Source: Macrostomum lignano (lineage: Eukaryota). Taken from it: a stretch of DNA of 64,000 nt. Location: assembly GCA_002269645.1 (NCBI GenBank), contig NIVC01001514.1, positions 124,001-188,000 on the forward strand. Direction: 5' to 3'. Below, piece by piece: positions 14,201 through 27,500 of the stretch (positions within the stretch are counted from its first letter, which is position 1; every line of letters begins with the position of its first letter). Made by a program: the position numbers and the translations under genes. Below the pieces are notes generated by a model. That model saw only the letters and a program-made list of their open reading frames with translations. It did no database searches and was not told where the DNA came from.

Positions 14201-14689
14201 CCAATAAGCATTCTTGTTTACCAGCTTTTTATCCCATGCAGTTACCAGTATTATTCAAGTTTACCAGCATCACTTCAGCTTCACGCAAACAGGATGTTCA
14301 GGTGTACTTTTTTGGGTAACTCAGCTCTGCACACCCCGCGGGTAAGTTGGAGCCGGCGCCTGATCCCCGCTCCTAGCAGAAGAGAGTTCTGGCTGAGGGC
14401 ACAATGTGCTCTTGCTGCTGTCACGAACTGAGTCTGGGATTAAGTTTCGATTCGAGAAATCGGTGACTGTCTGACTGGCGAACTGTCTGCGTGCCATGTC
14501 TCTGATTCTTCACGCAGTTTTTATCAGCAGCCATGCCTGTATCCAGGGTCGCCCAGTTTATGCTCTTTATCTGCGCCACCTGCAGTTAGCAGCCTTCTAT
14601 GGCGGACGGGATGCAACGCTGTATGAAGGCCTCCCTCCCACTATTTCTATTTGTCTCCCCCTCTCACTATATATATATATATCTATATC

Positions 14690-15609
14690 TCCTGTGTGTC
14701 TCCCTCTCTCCTTCTGTCTCCCTCTCTCCTGTCTCCCCCTCTCCTTCTGTCTCTCTCTCTCCTTCTGTCTCTCTCTCTCTTTCCGTCTCCCTCTCTCCTT
14801 CTGTCTCCCTCTCTCCTTCTATCTCCCTCTCTCCTTCTGTCTCCCTCTCTCCTTCTGTTTCCCTCTCTCCTTCTGTTTCCCTCTCTCCTTCTGTCTCCCT
14901 CTCTCCTTCTGTCTCTCTCTCTCCTTCTGTTTCCCTCTCTCCTTCTGTCTCCCTCTCTCCTTCTGTCTCCCTCTCTCCTTCTGTCTCCCTCTCTCCTTCT
15001 GTCTCCCTCTCTCCTTCTGTTTCCCTCTCTCCTTCTGTTTCCCTCTCTCCTTCTGTCTCCCTCTCTCCTTCTGTTTCCCTCTCTCCTTCTGTCTCCCTCT
15101 CTCCTTCTGTCTCCCTCTCTCCTTCTGTCTCCCTCTCTCCTTCTGTCTCCCTCTCTCCTTCTGTCTCCCTCTCTCCTTCTGTCTCCCTCTCTCCTTCTGT
15201 CTCCCTCTCTCCTTCTGTCTCCCTCTCTCCTTCTGTCTCCCCCTTTCCTTCTGTCTCCCTCTCTCCTTCTGTCTCTCTCTCTCTCCTTCTGTCTCCCCCT
15301 CTCCTTCTGTCTCCCTCTCTCCTTCTGTCTCCCTCTCTCCTTCTGTCTCTCTCTCTCTCCTTCTGTTTCCCTCTCTCCTTCTGTCTCCCTCTCTCCTTCT
15401 GTCTCCCTCTCTCCTTCTGTCTCCCTCTCTCCTTCTGTCTCCCTCTCTCCTTCTGTTTCCCTCTCTCCTTCTGTCTCCCTCTCTCCTTCTGTTTCCCTCT
15501 CTCCTTCTGTCTCCCTCTCTCCTTCTGTTTCCCTCTCTCCTTCTGTCTCCCTCTCTCCTTCTGTCTCCCTCTCTCCTTCTGTCTCCCTCCGACACACACA
15601 CTCTCTCTA

Positions 15610-15682
<73 letters not shown>
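14690..15682. repeat. CT-rich minisatellite followed by (CT)n
   Basis: CTCTCCTTCTGTYTCCCT units; pure CT run ~15615-15682. Confidence 0.95.
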
Positions 15683-15685
<3 letters not shown>

Positions 15686-16227
15686 GTGTCTCCCACTGTC
15701 ACTCTTTATCACTCTCTCGCTCTCCGTCTTCCCCTTTCCCTGTCTCCTTCTGTCTCCCTCTGTCACTCCCTTTTACCCTCTGTCCTCTCTCCGTGTGTCC
15801 CTCTGTCACTTTCTGTTTTCCTTTGTCTACCTCCGTTACTGTATATGATACGGTATACAAGTTATAAAGATAACACAAGCTTTAACTCTCACCTGTATCA
15901 GATGATAGCTAGTCCTTTTGTGTCAAAGGCCTAAAGGCGACTCAATGATGAGAGAAGAGCAGAACTAAAGCTGAATTGCCGGGGATATTCTTTGCAAAGA
16001 GTATTTTCTGTTATAGCTGCCACGTTTCTCACCTTATTTTCTTAGAAAGACTGGGTGGGGCAACGCGGGGGGAGATGGGGTAAAGACTTTGCAGGGCTGG
16101 GAGATTTTTCTCTGGCTTGCTACTAGCCAATCCTGAGGCGGGGACAACTTCTCCGTACGTTAAATCTTAGCCTATTGGGAAGCGGCTGCTCCGAAAGGAA
16201 GAGTTGAAAGGGAAGGTGACAGTGGGA

Positions 16228-16720
16228 GGAGGTGAGAGTGAAGCAAAGGTGAGAGTGAAGCAGGGGTGAGAGTGAAGCAGGGGTGAGAGTGAAGCAGAGG
16301 TGAGAGTGAAGCAGGGGTGAGAGTGAAGCAGAAGTGAGAGTGGAGCAGGGGTGAGAGTGAAGCAGAGGTGAGAGTGAAGCAGAAGTGAGAGTGAAGCAGG
16401 GGTGAGAGTGAAGCAGGGGTGAGAGTGAAGCAGGGGTGAGAGTGAAGCAGAGGTGAGAGTGAAGCAGGGGTGAGAGTGAAGCAGGGGTGAGAGTGAAGCA
16501 GAGGTGAGAGTGAAGCAGGGGTGAGAGTGAAGCAGAAGTGAGAGTGAAGCAGGGGTGAGAGTGAAGCAGGGGTGAGAGTGAAGCAGGGGTGAGAGTGAAG
16601 CACAGGTGAGAGTGAAGCAAGGGTGAGAGTGAAGCAGGGGTGAGAGTGAAGCAGGGGTGAGAGTGAAGCGGAGGTGAGAGTGAAGCAGAGGTGAGAGTGA
16701 AGCAGAGGTGAGAGTGAAGC
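16228..16720. repeat. 17-bp minisatellite
   Basis: CAGGGGTGAGAGTGAAG. Confidence 0.95.
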
Positions 16721-17130
16721 TACGACCGGAGACAATGGATGAGGAGAGGAGTGCCAAAGGGGAGCAGTGTTGTAGCGCCTGTGTCAAAGCGAGTGCTGTG
16801 ACACTGCGGGCAGAATTTCCCGCTTCCAGCAGGTTATTGCTTTTAGTCGGCAGAGAGGACCGGGCAGACAGCCGGACTCTGCCGTTCCGTTCCTAAATCA
16901 AGTCCGGCACAGGAGTTGCAGAAAACTACACTTTCCGGTGTGTTTTTGCTGTCAGAGTAAAAAAACTTAATTTATACCGCAGATTCCAAGCAAATTCTTG
17001 GAAATGTTGTGACAATTGGCTCTAGTGATAGTTTTCAGGCATTTTTACTATTATTTCTGTAAAAGTATACAATGAAGTAATTACCTATATTTAGAGACAT
17101 TTAATCTACCCAGTTAGAAAGTTTTTACCC

Positions 17131-17567
17131 GAGGCTGGAGGGTTGTCAGGCTGGAGGGTTGTCAGGCTGGAGGGTTGTCAGGCTGGAGGGTTGTCAGGCT
17201 GGAGGGTTGTCAGGCTGGAGGGTTGTCAGGCTGGAGGGTTGTCAGGCTGGAGGGTTGTCAGGCTGGAGGGTTGTCAGGCTGGAGGGTTGTCAGGCTGGAG
17301 GGTTGTCAGGCTGGAGGGTTGTCAGGCTGGAGGGTTGTCAGGCTGGAGGGTTGTCAGGCTGGAGGGTTGTCAGGCTGGAGGGTTGTCAGGCTGGAGGGTT
17401 GTCAGGCTGGAGGGTTGTCAGGCTGGAGGGTTGTCAGGCTGGAGGGTTGTCAGGCTGGAGGGTTGTCAGGCTGGAGGGTTGTCAGGCTGGAGGGTTGTCA
17501 GGCTGGAGGGTTGTCAGGCTGGAGGGTTGTCAGGCTGGAGGGTTGTCAGGCTGGAGGGTTGTCAGGA
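17131..17567. repeat. Perfect 16-bp minisatellite (~27 units)
   Basis: GGCTGGAGGGTTGTCA. Confidence 0.95.
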
Positions 17568-18031
17568 CTGTCAGGCCATAGGCATCATGCTACAAATGGC
17601 TGTAAAAATGCGCAGAAGCAGGCCAGTGGGTACAAATGAAGCGCTGATTTTGTTGATGCTACAATTGCAAAGCATATCAAATTTCAAAGGCGATGAGGAT
17701 CCTAGCGAGATCAATGCTGCTGACAACGCAGAGCAGGAAAGCTAGCCAGCAACCTGAGGAGAGCGGCTGGGGGAGGGAGGGGAGTAGAAAAGAATTAATT
17801 TCATTCGCTTCCCTCAGAGCCCATTAAATATGCTTTCCAGATGTTTGACAAAATTTTGCCTCCATGTTTTTTATTTCTATCGCTTTGAACGACGCTAAAA
17901 TAACTAGACGATTTTTTAAAAACTGAAAGTTGATGCCGGATTAGAGTTTTGGATAACTTGGGGGGCTTTTTGGGTATTAAGCCAATGCTAGACTTAGCTT
18001 TGGACTTTACAAAAGGATTGTTGTTGCGAGC

Positions 18032-18432
18032 AGGTGTCTGGAGGTATTGGGGCAGGTGCCTGCGGGTATTGGGGCAGGTGCCTGGGGGTATCGGGGCAGG
18101 TGTCTGGGAGTATTGGGGCAGGTGCCTGCGGGTATTGGGGCAGGTGCCTGCGGGTATTGGGGCAGGTGCCTGCGGGTATCGGGGCAGGTGTCTGGGGGTA
18201 TTGGGGCAGGTGTTTGGGAGTATTGGGGCAGGTGTCTGCGGGTATTGGGGCAGGTGCCTGCGGGTATCGGGGCAGGTGTCTGGGGGTATTGGGGCAGGTG
18301 TTTGGGAGTATTGGGGCAGGTGTCTGGGAGTATTGGGGCAGGTGCCTGCGGGTATTTGGGCAGGTGTCTGGGAGTATTAGGGCAGGTGTCTGGGGGGTAT
18401 TGCGGCAGGTCTCTGGGGTATTGGGGGCAGGT
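18032..18432. repeat. 22-bp minisatellite
   Basis: GGGGCAGGTGYCTGSGRGTATT. Confidence 0.9.
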
Positions 18433-18769
18433 CTGAGGGTTTTTCTGAGTTATCAATGGCTGAGTGAATCCACAGGGACAAGGGGCAACTCATATCTTTC
18501 TGCCTGCTGGACTTTAAAAAAGTTTCAAAGCCTGAGGTCTTTACTGTCTACTTTTGGCAGTAGTATCTCAAATAGAAATGGTCCATAATTTTTGTATTAG
18601 GATGTTCACATCTCAGGCCTAGGCCAAGCGGGAGGCAGTGCCCCCCTCTAATTTCTCTAATAAGTCCAGTATGTTTCTGTACAATATAGCTCGTAAACTG
18701 GAATATACAAGCAATGAACATGAAGGTATGGTGTATGCATTTCTTCCATCTCACCTTATTTTTCCATAT

Positions 18770-19265
18770 CGTTTCATCTCTCCTATCTAGTAGTCTCATC
18801 TCTATCATCCAGTCTCATCTCCTATCTAGTCTTATCTCTCCCATCTAGTCCCATCTCTTCCACCTTGTCTCATCTCGCCTACCTAGTCACACGTCTCCCA
18901 TCTAGTCACATATCTACTAACTAGTCTCACGTCTCCCATCTAGTCACATATCTACTAACTAGTCACACGTCTCCCATCTAGTCACATCTCTCCTACCTAG
19001 TCACACGTCTCCCATCTAGTCACATCTCTCCTACCTAGTCACACGTCTCCCATCTAGTCACATCTCTCCTACCTAGTCACACGTCTCCCATCTAGTCACA
19101 TCTCTCCTACCTAGTCACACGTCTCCCATCTAGTCACATCTCTCCTACCTAGTCACACGTCTCCCATCCAGTCACATTACTAGCTACTCTCATCTCTCCT
19201 ACCTAGTCTCATGTCTCTCAAATCTAATCACATATCTCCCACCCAGTCTCATCTCTCCCACCCAG
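18770..19265. repeat. 19-bp x2 (38-bp dimer) minisatellite
   Basis: CTAGTCACACGTCTCCCAT alternating with CTAGTCACATCTCTCCTAC. Confidence 0.85.
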
Positions 19266-19721
19266 CCTCATTTATCCATTTTTTTCCGTCTCTCCTGTCT
19301 CTTCCCGTTTCTTACATCTAATCTCAGCTCTATCCATCTCGTCTCGATTCCAGCATCTATTTGAATATCACTGGTCCCGCTCCTTTTTATCGCATCTCTA
19401 CTTTTGCCTTCGAGAAAAGTTGATAACGGCCTCACCTTTCTAAATTGAATTGACCAAAGTTAATTTTGAGACCAGTAATGAAATTATGCTGATTGTCCCA
19501 AGGCCAGCCACTGATTCTCTAATTGCATCAAGGTGTCCTTTTTGCTAAGAATAGCATCTTGTCTTGTCAGTCAGCACGAATAACTGGTGAGCAAGGAGCA
19601 GCTTGAGCTGTGACTGCTGATTGCAGTCAGCGAGTTGCGGTTTCTCACCGATGCACTAACCAGATTGGCAGAGACATTCTCCAGGTTGCTTTAGGACAGG
19701 TGCCAGTTCAGAGGCTTGCGA

Positions 19722-20962
19722 GGTTGGAGCTAGGGTTATATAGGTAGGGTTGTCAGGCTAAATAATGGCTGTCAGGTTGGAGCTAGGGTTATAGAGGTAG
19801 GGTTGTCAGGCTAAATAATGGCTGCCAGGTTGGAGCTAGGGTTATAGAGGTAGGGTTGTCAGGCTAAATAATGGCTGCCAGGTTGGAGCTAGGGTTATAG
19901 AGGTAGGGTTGTCAGGCTAAATAATGGCTGCCAGGTTGGAGCTAGGGTTATAGAGGTAGGGTTGTCAGACTAAATAATGGCCGCCAGGTTGGAGCTAGGG
20001 TTATAGAGGTAGGGTTTTCGGGCTATCAGGCTGGGAGGATGTCAGGCCAGGAGGATGTCAGGCTCAGAGGATGTCAGGCTAGGAGGATGTCAGGCTAGGA
20101 GGATGTCAGGCTTGAGGGATGTCAGGCTGGAGGGATGTCAGGCTAGAGGGATGTCAGGCTAAAGGGATGTCAGGCTGGAGGGATGTCAGGCTTGAGGGAT
20201 ATCAGGCTAAGGGATGTCAGGCTAAAGGGATGTCAGGCTAAAGGGATGTCAGGCTAAAGGGATGTCAGGCTAGGAGGATGTCAGGCTAAAGGGATGTCAG
20301 GCTAAAGGGATGTCAGGCTAAAGGGATGTCAGGCTAAAGGGATGTCAGGCTAGGAGGATATCAACACCACGGGCAGTGCGCACCGCTCGTCCTTCCGTCC
20401 AGTGCGTCCAGCCCCGAACAACCGTGCCATACAAATTTGCCGAGCCACCAACACCCGCTGCACTGGAACAGCTGCTCCGAATATCGGCAAACTCGCGCTG
20501 CGATGCCTGCAATAAACCGGTAAGTATCCGAATACATGATCTTCTTAAGTAAAACTACAGACCTCAGAGAGATGTGCATGGTCATAACTAGTCATGGCTT
20601 CCTCCAGAGACTTTTCACTACAAAACGTAACTCCCCATTTGCCCAACAACGCCGCACCACGTCATTTCTGCAAGCATCTGAACGAAGACATCACCTCGGC
20701 TGATGTCAGGCTAGAAAGACCTCAGGCTAGAAGGGTGTCAGGCTAGAAGGATGTCAAGCTAGAAGGATGTCAGGATAGAAGGATGTCAGGATAGAAGGCT
20801 GTCAGAAGAGAAGACTGTCAGGAGAGAAGGCTGTCAAAAGAGAAGACTGTCAGGAGAGAAGTCTGTCAAAAGAGAAGACTGTCAGGAGAGAAGGCTGTCA
20901 AAAGAGAAGACTGTCAGGAGAGAAGTCTGTCAGGAGAGAAGGCTGTCAGAAGAGAAGGCTGC
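19722..20962. repeat. TGTCAGGCT-core satellite complex (~46-bp and 16-bp units) interrupted by a unique island at 20361-20700
   Basis: GGTTGGAGCTAGGGTTATAGAGGTAGGGTTGTCAGGCTAAATAATGGCTGCCA-type units, then GGGATGTCAGGCTAAA, then AGAAGRCTGTCARRAG. Confidence 0.85.
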
Positions 20963-21500
20963 CCTCTTTTGACAGCTTTTGGCGCTGCTTTGTATTTTCT
21001 ACTCCGCATCTGTCAAAGCGGAGACTAAAGGTCTATTTTATTATATTGAAGGACCGGATGCCGCTAGATGGAGGTTTAGGCACCTCAGCGCTTGGTGCAG
21101 CAAGGAGCTGGAATGAAGATCGACGATAATCTCCGCTGATCCAATCCTATAAAACTGTTAGAAACAGGAATTTAGGAAATCGAGAAAATTCCACTTGGAA
21201 GCCGGTTTTAACTGCGGAATTTACGAGCTGGATGGATTTTTCAATTTTTTATCAACTAATTGGCCCTCTGTGAAATTTTCTAATTGCATGTAAGACAGTG
21301 AGTGAGTGTGCGTGTTTGAAACTCCTGCTGCGGAAACTGGCACCCGCACCGCAGCCAATCATTCCAGATTAAACCGGCGGACCAAAGGTCCAATAAAATC
21401 GCTGGGAGCAGACAGCTATTTACATTTATTAGAGCCCGCGGCTGCCTCCCTTCGTCTCAGCATAGCTTGATATCCTCGTCAGCCGCAGCTGCACCATAAA

Positions 21501-24500
21501 ATGTCCATCCGCAGGCGCCAGAACCGCCTGGAAAGCTGTCCCGATCGTCGGGACATTCAAAGCTCAGCCGCGGGTGTCGAACTTCGCCGGGAGTTCATCC
21601 GCTTCTGCCAGAACACAACCATCCGCGGCCTGCCGCGCATAGTGAAGTCGGACTCTCGACGCATCCGCACTCTCTGGCTGGTGTCCGTTCTGGCGTTGTT
21701 TGTGAGCTGCCTGCTGTGCCTCACCTTCTTGGTTAACCAGTTTCTCGAGTACGATGTCATGCACCCGCCACGGGTGCTCAAGGACGCCAGCTCGCCGTTC
21801 CCCTCGTTGACCATCTGCAACATGCGGCCTCTGTCAACGCCTGGCAAAGACCTGCTGAGCCAGCTGGGTTGGAAGAACCCCAGACAGTTCTCTAGGTTCG
21901 TAGGGGCAGAACAGGGCAGCGGTGAACGCGTCTGACTCTTGCGCCACAACCCATGGTTCGAATCCGTGCGCGGCCGCATTCATGTGTGGCTTGTGCACCA
22001 GAATTGCCCGGAGGGTTTTGCGATTCACCCCCATGAAGACCAGCCCCCCCCCCAAGGCACAGAGAATGTACATGCCTGACGATTAGAAAGTCAGGGCTGC
22101 TGTACAACCTGTGTGAGCGAGTGTATGAGGGTGTGCCTGCGCGCTTGTCTCTGCTCAGGAGGCAGCAAAATAGGCAGAATGGCCTCAGTGCTCACTTTGG
22201 GACCCTGTCGCCGTAAGCGTTGCGCCAGGATGCATGCAGACCTCCTGCGATCATTTGTATTTTTTCCAGGTCCGTGGAAGGCCTCACCCGCCATTTGTAC
22301 TATAGCAACGAAAGTACAAAGCACATTTACTACAGTTTCTCCGGGTCGTTCGGTCTTGCCGCTTTCCTGGAAAGCCTGCCAAGAAATGACAGCCTGAACT
22401 TGGGTCATCGGCTCCAGGACTTCGTGCTGGATTGTCGGGCAGTTATAAGGAACGGCAGCGCCAGGAATCAGTTCTTCTGCTCGCCTGACTACGGGCCCGG
22501 CAGAGCGGACGTGTCGGCGGGCACTTTTCACGCGTTCAGGCATGCCAGCTTTCTGAACTGCTTCACTCTGGACATTGCCGAGTCATTGCGGAACGATACC
22601 ACATTGGTGGAAATGTCTGTCTACTTGGACAACGAATGGGGACCCGACAACTTTGAATGCGTTGACTGCTATCTGCAGGTGAGCTCCCGTTTTGCAGTTT
22701 GTTGAAGAGGCAGATCTGCTAAGAGTGCGAACATGATTGTACCTATGGACGCATCTGTGTCCGTGTGTGCTCAGGGTCCGGCGGAATGGCCATGACTGCT
22801 CGTCTCTTCGTTGGCGCTCTGACTTGCGGCAGGGCCCAACGGTTTTTATCGAGTGGCTACTGCTCCGATAGTGCATGAGATGCAATGCTGCTGCTCAGGA
22901 ATGGAAGTGTGCGGTTCGCATGTCTGATGACGCCGGACCTGGTAATTGTTCAGTGAAAGCTGTGGGATGTCAGCAGACATCTGACATACTCGTACAGAAG
23001 TCCCTTAGCTTCTAGAGCATGTAAACCACAGCAAATTGTCAGCAGCCAATTTGGGCTAATTATCCGGAAGCAAAATGACAAAACCTCGCCATTAGGCTGC
23101 CTGGCTGTTCTGATTAATTGTCAAAGTGATTTTTTGCTGTTTGGCGATGCGTCGCAGTCAATTATTTCAAACCGTTTCGTGTCTAAAAAGCTTTTTCGCT
23201 CGTTGGTAATAATCTGCGGTTCTTATAATTGCCAGTCAAATGTGACAAGCAGACGAATTGCAAGTGTGTTTGTCGCCAAGTTCGCTGAGGGCAATGGTTC
23301 ACGTCATCACTTGGCTCTTATCTACAGCAAACAAAACAGAACTCTGAAAAAGCGAGATGCAACTTAGAAAAAGTTTAAAAATTCTTCCCAATTTCTGTTC
23401 GCAAGTTCCGTGACCTCCTTCAAACCAGCCCGTCAATGGCACTGACAAACAACTTTTGATACGTCTAGCCTGACCCTCTCTTAGTCGACTGACGCCATCT
23501 GACATCGCCGACAGCTGACCTGACCCTTATTCGATATCTGGGTTCTGCAAGCGGATTTTTTTTGGTGGAGGGGTGGGGTCAATGACAATCGCCTGTCGAC
23601 CCTAACCCTAACCTGGCATTTTTGCCAGCATCTGCAAGTTAAGCATAGTTGGCTGTGGTTAGTACATAGCTGAATAGGACTCTGTTTGAGTCAACCCTCC
23701 AAGCAGCGACTGTGAGCGAGGTGGCAAATTTAGTTGCCGTAGACATACGGAGTTGCAAACCTTCCTAGTCCCAGAATTTTTATCCCTTGTAAACTGTGCA
23801 CAGTCCTGGGATGCTCTGCGCTTTGCATGCAAACAACATTTGCACATTGATTTCTTGTCGTCACACTCTCCTGCTAGCCGTCAAGCCATTCCATTCCGTG
23901 CTTTTAGTCTTTGACCACAGTCACTGGCCACAATGCCCTCAGGACATCAACACGCAGCTCTCGGGCGCCATCCTCACAATTCACGACGGCGACACCTTCC
24001 CAGACGTTAACCACGACGCTGTGCACCTGAAGTCCGGCTCTCTGACGGAAGTGAAAATAAAAAACGTGCTAAACGTGCAGAAACGCCCGCCCTACGGCAG
24101 GTGCTCGGCCGATACGCTGAAGTCTCTGGACCTGTTCGCCCGGCGCTACAAGTACATCGAAGGCGCCTGCAGGCAGGCCACGATTCAGCGCGACATCCGC
24201 GACACCTGCGGCTGCCAGGCGGCCGAATATCCGCAGATTGGCGATCCGGACGAAGTTCGATTCTGCACCGGCCTGCCAGAGTTCCTGCCCGCCAATGCGT
24301 GCAGCGACGGCGACAGCGACTTGGGGGTCTGTCGGGCGGCACTGGAGCGAGCGCACAGGTTCATCAAGTGCAAACAGGCGGTGATCTCCAAGTACTTTAA
24401 GGATGTTGTAGACAGTTGCACCCTGCCGTGCTCCTTCTACAGCTACCAGACCGAGCGTTCGACCTCAGATTGGCCAACGAAATCCTGGCAGTTGCAGCTG

Positions 24501-27500
24501 CTGCAGAGCAGCGGGTTTGGCAGACTGCGGCGACGGAAGGAGATGGCAGTCTATGACAGGGCCATCCGGCTGGCCAAGGCCGGCGACGAGATGGTGGGTC
24601 TCCGGGGTGGTGGCAGACACCGAGACTCACTGACACCGACACTGACATAGACACTGACACAGTTACTGACACTGACACAGTTACTGACACTGACACTGAC
24701 ACAGATACTGAGACACACTGACACAGATACTGAGACACACTGACACAGATACTGAGACACACTGACACACAGACAAACTTACACTTACACAGACACAGAC
24801 ACTGAGACACACTGACAGACACTGAGACACACTGACAGACACTGAGACACACTGACAGACACTGAGACACACTGACAGACACTGAGACACACTGACAGAC
24901 ACTGAGACACACTAATAGACACTCAGACACACTGACAGACACTGAGACACACTGACACCGACACTGACATAGACACTGACACAGTTACTGACACTGACAC
25001 TGACACAGATACTGAGACACACTGACACAGATACTGAGACACACTGACACACACTGAGACACACTGACAGACACTGAGACACACTGACAGACACTGAGAC
25101 ACACTAATAGACACTCAGACACTGACACGCAGTTACTGACACGGACAATGACACAGTTACTGACACTGACACAGATACTGAGACACACTGACACTTACAC
25201 AGACACACTGACACTTACACAGACAAACTGACACAGTGTCAGACACAGACACTGAGACACACACACTGAGACACACTAATAGACACTCAGACACTGAGAC
25301 ACACAGACACAGACACTGAGACACACTGACACAGACACTGAGACACACTGACACAGACACTGAGACACACTGACACAGACACTCAGACACTGAGACACAT
25401 AGACACAGACACTGAGACACACAGACACAGACACTGAGACACACTGACACAGACACTCAGACACTGAGACACATAGACACAGACACTGAGACACACAGAC
25501 ACAGACACTGAGACACACTGACACAGACACTGAGACACACTGACACAGACACTCAGACACTGAGACACACAGACACAGACACTGAGACACACTGACACAG
25601 ACACTCAGACACTGAGACACACAGACACAGACACTGAGACACACAGACACAGACACTGAGACACACTGACACAGACACTCAGACACTGAGACACATAGAC
25701 ACAGACACTGAGACACACAGACACAGACACTGAGACACACTGACACAGACACTCAGACACTGAGACACACAGACACAGACACTGAGACACACTGACACAG
25801 ACACTCAGACACTGAGACACACAGACACAGACACTGAGACACACTGACACAGACACTCAGACACTGAGACACACAGACACAGACACTGAGACACACTGAC
25901 ACAGACACTCAGACACTGAGACACACAGACACAGACACTGAGACACACAGACACAGACACTGAGACACACAGACACAGACACTGAGACACACTGACACAG
26001 ACACTCAGACACTGAGACAGACACTGAGCAATCAATGGCTACCCAACACACTACAGAATGGCCTCAGTTCATGATGCAGAGAAGACAGCAGGGCTTGCCG
26101 CCCCCCCCCACTGTGTTTGCCATCACTGCGCTTGGACCGCAGATTTGTTTTCAGGGCAGAGTAAGGAGACCCATCTGTGTAGGCAAATAGACCTTGGGAA
26201 AAGACAAAAGCTAATGAAGATTCGCAGCTAATCTGGTCATAAAAGTACAATTGTTAAAACCAAATAACCACTTGGCTGCTTCAGTTTAAGGCTTTGTTAA
26301 CAAAATCGACAAATGGGAATCGCACACCACTCCATGAGAACCGCACATTACCCCACGAGAATCGCACACCACCCCATGAGAATCGCACCACCAAATGAGA
26401 ATCGCACACCACCCCATGAGAATCGCACACCACCCCATGAGAATCGCACACCACTCCATGAGAACCGCACATTACCCCACGAGAATCACACACCACCCCA
26501 TGAGAATCGCACACCACCCCATGAGAATCGCACACCACCCCATGAGAATCGCACACCACCCCATGAGAATCGCACATTACCCCATGAGAATCGCACACCA
26601 CCCCATGAAAATCGCACACCACCCCATGAGAATCGCACACCACCCCATGAGAATCGCACACCACCCCATGAAAATCGCACACCACCCCATGAGAATCGCA
26701 CATTACCCCATGAGAATCGCACACCACCCCCATGAGAATCGCACACCACCCCATGAGAATCGTACACCACCCCATGAAAATCGCACACCACCCCATGAAA
26801 ATCGCACATTACCCCATGAGAATCGCACACCACTCCATGAAAATCGCACACCACCCCATGAGAATCACACACCACCCCATGAGAATCGCACACCACCCCC
26901 ATGAGAATCGCACACCACCCCCATGAGAATCGCACACCACCCCCATGAGAATCGCACACCACCCCCATGAGAATCGCACACCACCCCATGAGAATCGCAC
27001 ACCACCCCATGAAAATCGCACACCACCCCATGAGAATCGCACATTACCCCATGAGAATCGCACACCACCCCCATGAGAATCGCACACCACCCCCATGAGA
27101 ATCGCACACCACCCCCATGAGAATCGCACACCACCCCCATGAGAATCGCACACCACCCCATGAGAATCGCACACCACCCCATGAAAATCGCACACCACCC
27201 CATGAGAATCGCACACCACCCCCATGAGAATCGCACACCACCCCCATGAGAATCGCACACCACCCCCATGAGAATCGCACACCACCCCCATGAGAATCGC
27301 ACACCACCCCATGAGAATCGCACACCACCCCATTAAAATCGCACACCACCCCATGAGAATCGCACATTACCCCATGAGAATCGCACACCACTCCATGAAA
27401 ATCGCACATTACCCCACGAGAATCGCACACCACCCCATGAGAATCGCACACCAACCCATGAGAATCGCACATTACCCAATGAAAATCGCACACCACCCCA

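Noticed and set aside
20400-20519. ArfGAP zinc-finger call for LLRISANSRCDAC
   Set aside because: No downstream W-A-S...CxxC half was found; the similarity is too short.
21903-21975. Functional tRNA gene (also 32412-32480 and 60654-60725)
   Set aside because: A and B boxes are present, but I cannot fold a full cloverleaf and the sequence continues into a shared SINE body.
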